DNA from: Planctomycetota bacterium
GTDB lineage: Bacteria; Planctomycetota; Planctomycetia; Pirellulales; Lacipirellulaceae
Assembly (NCBI GenBank): GCA_039190745.1
Contig: JBCCXZ010000038.1
Coordinates: 1 to 35,875 of the forward strand
Length of the DNA stretch: 35,875 bases
Direction of reading: 5' to 3'
Shown: piece by piece, positions 29,488-35,875 of the stretch
How the letters are laid out: each line of letters starts with the position of its first letter
Position numbering within the stretch: the stretch's first letter is position 1
Made by a program: the position numbers and the translations under genes
Notes under the pieces: model-generated
What the model was told of the DNA's origin: nothing
The model's database searches: none
What the model saw: only the letters and a program-made list of their open reading frames with translations

Positions 29488-30407
29488 GCACTACTTCAGC
29501 GATACCTGCTGCTGCCGCGCCTGCCTTACCGCTCTCGACGCGGCTGAGTGCTCGGCTGTCGGACTACTTAGAACTCTCCAAGCCACGGATCGTCGTTCTG
29601 GAACTGATCGTTGCCAGTGCCGCCGCGCTGATTGCTGCGCCGCACTCTTTCCAGTTCAACGTCCTGCTGGCTGCCCTCGCTGGAACGGCCTTGGTAGCAG
29701 CGAGCGCCAGCGCGGCGAACCATTTGCTCGAACGAAACACCGATGCGGCCATGCCGCGAACCGCAAACCGCCCGCTGGCTGCGGGACGCATCACGGCTGC
29801 TGAAGCGATTGTCCTCTCGTCGATCGGACTCGTCGCTGGGATGACTCTATTGCTGCTCGCGGTGAACCGCCTGACAGCATTGTTGGGCCTGGCTAGTTGG
29901 GTGCTGTACGTAGTGATCTACACACCCATGAAGCGTCGGACGCCGCAAAACACTACCGTCGGGGCCGTTGCCGGAGCACTCCCACTCTTGATGGGCTGGA
30001 CCGCCACCGGCGTACCGCTCGACCTGACCGCGCTGTCGCTCGCCTCGGTCCTGTTCCTGTGGCAGTTCCCCCATTTTATGGCGATTGCTTGGCTCTACCG
30101 AGACGATTACGCCGCCGGCGGGCACAAGATGCTCACCGTGGTCGATCCCAGCGGATTGCGGGCCGGGGTGCTCGCCGTGGTGGCCGCCGCCTTGCTGATC
30201 CCCGTAAGCCTGGTCCCGGCGTTGCCGCCCACCAGCGGGAGCCCCTGGATCTACGCGGTCTGGGCGACCGGGCTAGGGACTGTGCAGTTGTTGCTCGCGG
30301 TGCGTTTTGCGATCCGCCGCGACCACCCCTCCGCCAAGCGGCTGCTCCGAGCGACGCTGGTCTTCCTGCCCGCATGGATGGCCGTGCTGGCGATGGTCCG
30401 GGTTTGA
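29484..30407 (+). CDS. ctaB: Protoheme IX farnesyltransferase (heme O synthase)
   Basis: LSKPRI, DAAMPRTANRPL, YTPMKR, GAVAGALP, WQFPHF, DDYAAG; TTGA overlap with ctaA. Confidence 0.95.
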   Translation: MSTTSAIPAAAAPALPLSTRLSARLSDYLELSKPRIVVLELIVASAAALIAAPHSFQFNVLLAALAGTALVAASASAANHLLERNTDAAMPRTANRPLAAGRITAAEAIVLSSIGLVAGMTLLLLAVNRLTALLGLASWVLYVVIYTPMKRRTPQNTTVGAVAGALPLLMGWTATGVPLDLTALSLASVLFLWQFPHFMAIAWLYRDDYAAGGHKMLTVVDPSGLRAGVLAVVAAALLIPVSLVPALPPTSGSPWIYAVWATGLGTVQLLLAVRFAIRRDHPSAKRLLRATLVFLPAWMAVLAMVRV

Positions 30408-30463
30408 CGCCATAATCCTGCTCTTCAAGCCGAATACCCCCCTGTAACCGCCAACGACCCGAT

Positions 30464-31546
30464 ATGAGCGACCACCACACGGGCTTCGACTATCAGCCGG
30501 CCCTGCCGATCTCCAATGGCAAGGCCTTCATGTGGCTGTTCTTGTCGACGGAAATCATGTTCTTCGCCGCGTTGTTCGGCGTTTACATCGTGATTCGTTT
30601 CGGTGCGATCGCCTGGCCCAGCCCGCACGACGTGCACCTTGTCGAAATCTGGGGGGCGATCAACACGTTCGTGCTGATCTGTTCGAGCGTGACCATCGTG
30701 CTGGCGCTCGAGGCTTCGAAGACGGACGACGGCAAGCAGGCCAAGGGCTGGATGGCGCTCACGTTCGTGCTCGGCTCGATCTTCTTGGGGATCAAGGCCT
30801 ACGAGTATAAGTCGAAGTTCTCACACGGCGTCTACCCGCAGGCGCCGCACAGTGGCATCTATGAGAAAGCCGACGTCCGCTACGCTCAAGCCGTCCGGAA
30901 ACGCCTGGAAGAACTGACCCTCGAAGTGACCAACCCGCTCAACGAGCTCAAGAGCAAGCTCGACAGCGGCGATGTCGAAGAAGGAAACCTTGAGGAGTTC
31001 AAAGCGCAGATCGCCGACCTAGAGCCGAAGCAGGAAGTCATTGCCGAGATCGGCATGGAAGTCACCGAGGCCGAGATCGAACTCCGCAACAACCCCGAGG
31101 GCGTCGCCCGTTACGACGATGAGGGGAACCGCATCCCCACCGGCCGTGAGCAGCTGATGATCCTGGCCGACAAGATCTACCCACGGGCGAGCCTCCACGA
31201 AGGGCACGGGGGCGGGCACGCCGAAGAGGCCAAACCCGACCAACTGCAGACGGTGAGCCTGACGCTCACCGCCTCGGGCAGCGGCCACGTCACGGGCCTG
31301 AACGACTTGTACGAGTGGCTGAAGATGCCGATCATGATCCCCGGCGGCAACATGTGGGCCAGCACGTACTTCCTGCTCACCGGGTTCCACGCGATCCACG
31401 TGATCGTCGGACTGATCGCCTTCGCCGCGCTTCTCGGCATGAACCTTGGCAAAGTGAACTCGGGAGTCATCGAGAACGTCGGCCTGTATTGGCACTTCGT
31501 CGACCTGGTGTGGATCTTCCTGTTCCCGATGCTGTACCTGTTCTAA
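30464..31546 (+). CDS. coxC: Cytochrome c oxidase subunit III with a large soluble insertion
   Basis: [29 protein letters not shown] and [11 protein letters not shown], with a ~170-aa hydrophilic insert. Confidence 0.92.
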   Translation: MSDHHTGFDYQPALPISNGKAFMWLFLSTEIMFFAALFGVYIVIRFGAIAWPSPHDVHLVEIWGAINTFVLICSSVTIVLALEASKTDDGKQAKGWMALTFVLGSIFLGIKAYEYKSKFSHGVYPQAPHSGIYEKADVRYAQAVRKRLEELTLEVTNPLNELKSKLDSGDVEEGNLEEFKAQIADLEPKQEVIAEIGMEVTEAEIELRNNPEGVARYDDEGNRIPTGREQLMILADKIYPRASLHEGHGGGHAEEAKPDQLQTVSLTLTASGSGHVTGLNDLYEWLKMPIMIPGGNMWASTYFLLTGFHAIHVIVGLIAFAALLGMNLGKVNSGVIENVGLYWHFVDLVWIFLFPMLYLF

Positions 31547-31572
31547 GGCACAAGAAAGGTAGCGAGAGTCCT

Positions 31573-31992
31573 ATGGCTGACGCCGAACACCACGAAGAGC
31601 ACCACGGCGGGATGGGGACCTACATGGCCGTCTTCTTCGGCTTGTGCATCCTCACCACGTTCTCGTTCCTCACCTACTTCGATTTCTGGCGTGAGAACAT
31701 CTCCGTTGAGATGAGCCGGCTGTTCATGATGGCCGTCTCCTGCACCAAGGCGATGCTGGTCATCATGTTCTTCATGCACCTCAAGTGGGAAGCCAGTTGG
31801 AAGTGGGTGCTTACGGTTCCCGCGAGCATCATGTCGGCGCTGCTGGTCTTCGCCCTGGTGCCGGACATCTACTTCCGGATGGACTACGCGTCAAACGAGC
31901 GGATGAAGTACGCCGCCGAGCGGCCGGCGGAGGTGACCGAGGCGAGCGACACGCACACCGACGGTGCCGACCACGGTGAGGGCGGGCACTAG
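31573..31992 (+). CDS. coxD: Cytochrome c oxidase subunit IV (prokaryotic COX4 family)
   Basis: Three TM helices and KAMLVIMFFMHLKWE; start ATG 31573. Confidence 0.85.
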   Translation: MADAEHHEEHHGGMGTYMAVFFGLCILTTFSFLTYFDFWRENISVEMSRLFMMAVSCTKAMLVIMFFMHLKWEASWKWVLTVPASIMSALLVFALVPDIYFRMDYASNERMKYAAERPAEVTEASDTHTDGADHGEGGH

Positions 31993-32047
31993 CCGACACG
32001 GGTCCTGAACCGCGTTTACCCCTCGGCTCCGTTACCCCTCTCCGCCG

Positions 32048-32983
32048 ATGCCGCAACCCAACGCGATCGTCGTGGAAGCACTCTCCCACCGCTACGGCGA
32101 GCGTACCGCGGTCGACGGCCTGAGCCTCACCGTGGAAGAGGGCGAAGTCTTTGTTTTCCTCGGCCCTAACGGCAGCGGGAAGACGACCCTCTTCCGGGTG
32201 CTCTCAACGCTGATCCCCATCCAATCGGGCCGCGTGGAGATGCTAGGGCACGACCTCGCCACGCAAACCAACGCCGTCCGGAATGATTTGGGCGTGGTGT
32301 TCCAGGCGCCGAGCCTCGACAAGAAGCTCACCGTCAGTGAAAACCTCCGCCACCAGGGGCGGCTCTACGGCCTGGCGGGCCAGCTGCTGCGCCAACGCAC
32401 CGAAGAAATGCTCTCTGCCGTCGGCCTGTCCGAACGAGCGGGCGACATCGTCGAAACGCTGTCCGGCGGCATGCGTCGCCGGGTGGAGCTGGCGAAGGGG
32501 TTGCTGCACAACCCGAGCCTGCTGCTGCTGGACGAGCCGAGCACCGGGCTCGACCCCGGCTCGCGGGCCGACCTCTGGCGGTACCTGCACACGATCCGCG
32601 AGCGGGACGGCGTGACGATCGTCCTCACCACACACCTGTTGGAAGAAGCGGAGCGGGCGGACAGGATCGCGATCATGGACAAAGGACGCCTCGCGGCGCT
32701 CGACACGCCCACGGCGCTGCGGGCCTCGGTCGGCGGGGACTCGATCCTGCTGCAATCGGGCGACCCGGCTGCTCTCGCTGCGGCGGTGAACGAACGCTGG
32801 TCCTGCAACGCCGCGGTGATCGGCGGTGCCGTGCGGCTCGAGCAGCCCGATGGGCACGAGTGGGTCAGTCGCCTGGCGACCGCCTTCCCCAACGAAATCG
32901 ACTCGATCACGCTTGGCAAACCGACACTGGAAGACGTGTTCATCGACCGCACCGGCCACCGCTTCTTCGGAGACCAGTCTTGA
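32048..32983 (+). CDS. ABC transporter ATP-binding protein (DrrA/NodI-like)
   Basis: GPNGSGKT, LSGGMRRR, LLLLDEP, TTH, C-terminal PTLEDVF. Confidence 0.93.
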   Translation: MPQPNAIVVEALSHRYGERTAVDGLSLTVEEGEVFVFLGPNGSGKTTLFRVLSTLIPIQSGRVEMLGHDLATQTNAVRNDLGVVFQAPSLDKKLTVSENLRHQGRLYGLAGQLLRQRTEEMLSAVGLSERAGDIVETLSGGMRRRVELAKGLLHNPSLLLLDEPSTGLDPGSRADLWRYLHTIRERDGVTIVLTTHLLEEAERADRIAIMDKGRLAALDTPTALRASVGGDSILLQSGDPAALAAAVNERWSCNAAVIGGAVRLEQPDGHEWVSRLATAFPNEIDSITLGKPTLEDVFIDRTGHRFFGDQS

Positions 32984-33780
32984 GCAGCGTCCCCAGCAAC
33001 GCGAACGCCTCGACCTTCCCGGCTTGGCCGGTTGTCTTCACCCTTGCGCAGCGAGAAGTGGTGCGTTTCCTGCGGCAGCGGAACCGCGTCTTCGGCGCCG
33101 TCGGCCAGCCGGTGATCTTCTGGCTGCTGTTCAGCGAGGGGCTCAAGCCGAACGACCTCGACTACGGGCACTTCTTCCCCGGCACGCTGGTGATGATCCT
33201 GCTGTTCACGGCGATCTTCGCGACCATCTCGGTGATCGAGGACCGCCGCGAGGGCTTCCTGCAGTCGGTGCTCGTGGCACCGGCGCCGCGTTGGGCGATG
33301 GTGTTGGGCAAGATCTTGGGCGGCGCCACGCTGGCCATGCTGCAGGCGTTGGTGTTCCTGGCGCTGGGTTGGGTCACGCTCGGTATGCAGAGCGGACCGC
33401 TGGAGCTGATCGCGGGGGTGCTACTGATGCTCGTGATCGCTGTGGCGCTCACCGGTCTGGGGTTCGTGCTCGCCTGGCGGATGGACTCCACGCAGGGCTT
33501 CCACGCAATCATGAGCGTCTTCCTGCTTCCGATGTGGCTGCTGTCCGGGGCCTTTTTCCCCGCCGGCGGCTCTGGCTGGCTCGCGTGGGTGGTGCGTTTG
33601 AACCCGCTCACCTACGGCGTCGCCGGGCTCCGAAGGCTCGTGCGGGTCGGCGAACCGGCGGTGGTTGACACCCTCCCGTCGCTTGCGGTTTGCTGGGTAG
33701 TGAGCCTCGCCTTCGCGGCGGTGCTGCTGGCCGCGAGCTGGAAGATCGCGGAGACTCGTTCGACGGGGGACCTACTGTGA
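32980..33780 (+). CDS. ABC-2 type permease
   Basis: DRREGFL...LVAP, LSGAFFP, NPLTYGV; TTG start overlapping the ATPase stop (TTGA). Confidence 0.9.
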   Translation: MSSVPSNANASTFPAWPVVFTLAQREVVRFLRQRNRVFGAVGQPVIFWLLFSEGLKPNDLDYGHFFPGTLVMILLFTAIFATISVIEDRREGFLQSVLVAPAPRWAMVLGKILGGATLAMLQALVFLALGWVTLGMQSGPLELIAGVLLMLVIAVALTGLGFVLAWRMDSTQGFHAIMSVFLLPMWLLSGAFFPAGGSGWLAWVVRLNPLTYGVAGLRRLVRVGEPAVVDTLPSLAVCWVVSLAFAAVLLAASWKIAETRSTGDLL

Positions 33781-34460
33781 ACAAGACGTTGCTGCCGTAC
33801 TGGCTCGCGGTGATGGCTGCGTTCGTGGCGTTGTACGGCGCTTACAAGTGGTGGCAGGTGCAGCAATTCGAGAACCGCCGGATGGCGGGCGGGGTGACCG
33901 CGGAGGGCCCTCCGCTGGAAGAGTTTGTCCTGACCGACAGCCGGGGTGAGAAATTCCGCTCGGAAGCGATGGACGACAAGGTGTGGGTCGTCTCCTTCTT
34001 CTTCGCGACCTGCGCCGGGACGTGCCCAAAGCTAAACGCGAACATCCAGTACCTGTACGAACAGGAAGAGCTCCAAGACGTCCACTGGGTGAGCATCTCG
34101 GTCGACCCCGTCAACGACACGCAGCAGGTGCTCCGTGAGTACGCGGAACGTTTTGGCGCCGACCCCCAGCGCTGGCACTTCGTGCGGGGCGACTTGGACT
34201 ACATCCAGCGGCTCAGCGAAGACGTGCTCAAGGTGAGCAACGTGAGCTGGCGCGTCCACAAAGACGTGGGGATCATCATCGGCCGCGACGGCGGCATCCG
34301 CGGCGTGTACGACCCGGCGAGCAGCCGGCAGCTGGAGCTGCTGCGGGAGCGTCTGCTCGAAGTCCTCGGCGAAACCGGCGGGGAAACGGACAGTACCGAA
34401 CCGACCGAGGAAGGGATGGAGCGATTCGAGCCGGAGACTCCGGCGGGGGCGACGACGTAG
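33777..34460 (+). CDS. SCO1/SenC copper chaperone
   Basis: N-terminal TM, FFATCAGTCP (CxxxC), SISVDP..D and distal His; GTGA overlap. Confidence 0.9.
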   Translation: MNKTLLPYWLAVMAAFVALYGAYKWWQVQQFENRRMAGGVTAEGPPLEEFVLTDSRGEKFRSEAMDDKVWVVSFFFATCAGTCPKLNANIQYLYEQEELQDVHWVSISVDPVNDTQQVLREYAERFGADPQRWHFVRGDLDYIQRLSEDVLKVSNVSWRVHKDVGIIIGRDGGIRGVYDPASSRQLELLRERLLEVLGETGGETDSTEPTEEGMERFEPETPAGATT

Positions 34461-34943
34461 ATGCTCGCGCCCGTTCTCGCCGGCGCCCACCCGCTGGTGC
34501 ACCTCAACGCGACGCTCAACACCGTCGCGACCGTGCTGCTGGTGCTGTCCGCGATGCGGATCAAGCAGGGCCGGGAGTCGGCCCACGGGCGGCTCATGGT
34601 CGCGGCGTTCGCGGTCTCCACGCTGTTCCTCATCAGCTACCTGACCTATCACACCATGGTCGGCCGGGTGGACTTCACGCAAACCGGCTGGCCGAGACTG
34701 ATCTACTACCCGGTGCTGATCTCGCACGTGATCCTGGCCGCGACGGTGCCGGTGCTGGCGATCCTCTCGCTGCGGCTAGGCGCGAAGTCGCTGGGCTGGT
34801 TGTCCGCGGCAGAACCGGCGGTGATGCGCGAAAAGCACCGGCGGTTGGTGAAGTGGGCTTATCCGATCTGGCTCTACGTCTCGGTCACGGGGGTGGCGGT
34901 GTACCTCATGCTCTACCACATCTGGCCGCCAGAAGGGCTGTGA
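34461..34943 (+). CDS. DUF420 family membrane protein (oxidase assembly associated)
   Basis: LNATLN, H..LM, FLISYL.YH, LISHVILA, H.R...IWLYVSVTGV.VYLMLY. Confidence 0.88.
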   Translation: MLAPVLAGAHPLVHLNATLNTVATVLLVLSAMRIKQGRESAHGRLMVAAFAVSTLFLISYLTYHTMVGRVDFTQTGWPRLIYYPVLISHVILAATVPVLAILSLRLGAKSLGWLSAAEPAVMREKHRRLVKWAYPIWLYVSVTGVAVYLMLYHIWPPEGL

Positions 34944-34958
34944 CCTAAGATAAAAAAC

Positions 34959-35270
34959 ATGACTACGCAGCTTGCCACGTTCTGTTTCCGAGCCTGCTTC
35001 CGAGCGTCGACGGCACTGGTTGCTTTGTGCGTGGTCGTCTTGCTGTCGTCCGAGGCGTTGGGTTGCCCGACGTGTAAAGACGGTCTGGCCGAGAACGACC
35101 CGCAGCAGCAGGCCATGGCGGCTGGCTACTTCTATAGCATCCTGTTCATGATGTCGATGCCCTTCCTACTGCTGGCCACGATCGGCGGCTTCGCGTACCG
35201 GGCGATTAAGCGGAGCGACCAACTAGTGATCGATCGCCAGGCGGTTGCGGCCCAGCAGCAGCACGCCTAG
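34959..35270 (+). CDS. Small CxxC membrane protein
   Basis: Signal-like segment, CPTC, then a Met-rich TM (YSILFMMSMPF); last gene of the cluster. Confidence 0.7.
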   Translation: MTTQLATFCFRACFRASTALVALCVVVLLSSEALGCPTCKDGLAENDPQQQAMAAGYFYSILFMMSMPFLLLATIGGFAYRAIKRSDQLVIDRQAVAAQQQHA

Positions 35271-35875
35271 CCCGACTTGAGCATCGGCAGCTCTTCGTAG
35301 TGCTCGGGGAACGACTTGAGGTTGTCGGGCCAAGCGTAGTCTGCGAGTTCGACTCTTTCTTGCCGTCGACCGATAATGCGCGTGTAGCCCAAGAAGCTCC
35401 CGGCGTCGGCACGGAGCGCTTCGATCTCGGCCTTGTTGTCCGGGTGAGCCTGGCTGTGCCAAGCGATCCAGACCTTCCAGCCGTCGGTCATGGGCTCAGC
35501 CGCCTCGATCTCGACGAGGCCCGTTCGCTCCCAGAGCCGCCGCCACCATCCGGCGGAGTGCAGGCACCAGAAGTCTTGGCCCCAGATAGGGGCGAGGTGC
35601 TCGGGCACGGGGCTGGTCATCTCCTGCGTAAGCGCTGCGCCGGCGACGCCGATCTGGCCGCCCTCTTTGACAAAGTTCACGAGGTAGTTGAGGTAGAGGT
35701 CATCGGTGCCGTAATAGGGGTAGCTGTCCACAGCGATGATCGCGTCGAAGAACCCCGCGGCAAACGGGAGCGAGCGGGCGTCGGCGTGCAGCGGGACGAC
35801 CTTGTCGCTGAGCCCGGCAGCGCGGATCCGCTTAGCGTTCTCGGCCGCGGAGATCCAGAGGTCGGTGGCCCAGAC
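35267..35875 (-). CDS. SAM-dependent methyltransferase (5' end outside the window)
   Basis: Frame open to the window edge: VWATDLW...HADARSLPF...FFDAIIAVDSYPYYG...VKEGG. Its stop overlaps the convergent stop of the CxxC gene (CTAG). Confidence 0.85.
   Translation of the reverse strand, partial: VWATDLWISAAENAKRIRAAGLSDKVVPLHADARSLPFAAGFFDAIIAVDSYPYYGTDDLYLNYLVNFVKEGGQIGVAGAALTQEMTSPVPEHLAPIWGQDFWCLHSAGWWRRLWERTGLVEIEAAEPMTDGWKVWIAWHSQAHPDNKAEIEALRADAGSFLGYTRIIGRRQERVELADYAWPDNLKSFPEHYEELPMLKSG

Overview
High-GC bacterial DNA, most likely a planctomycete of the Pirellulales (inferred from gene content and protein style; no rRNA here). The left part (1-14 kb) holds a giant degenerate-FHA/coiled-coil membrane protein, a TIM-barrel epimerase-like gene, divergent queF and queC-queE, an internally duplicated DMT-like membrane protein, an orphan FtsX/MacB-type permease, a pair of Cys-rich exported proteins and purD. 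The right part (14.4-35.3 kb) is one co-oriented ~21 kb respiratory cluster. It encodes a Rieske protein, a split b6-type cytochrome b, an enlarged subunit IV with an APWY Qo motif, a 1533-aa octaheme cytochrome c with a PDZ insert, two cupredoxin-like paralogues, a diheme lipoprotein, an A2-type heme-copper oxidase (coxB, A, C, D), heme A/O synthases, an ABC exporter, SCO, DUF420 and a small CxxC protein. A near-perfect Rex/CRP-type palindrome lies upstream. The most striking feature the ORF track misses is an exported metallothionein-like gene (11994-11743, minus strand) whose two Cys clusters are separated by an in-frame TAG; it lies behind a second Cys-rich, leader-like ORF. No CRISPR array, tRNA, rRNA or mobile element was seen.
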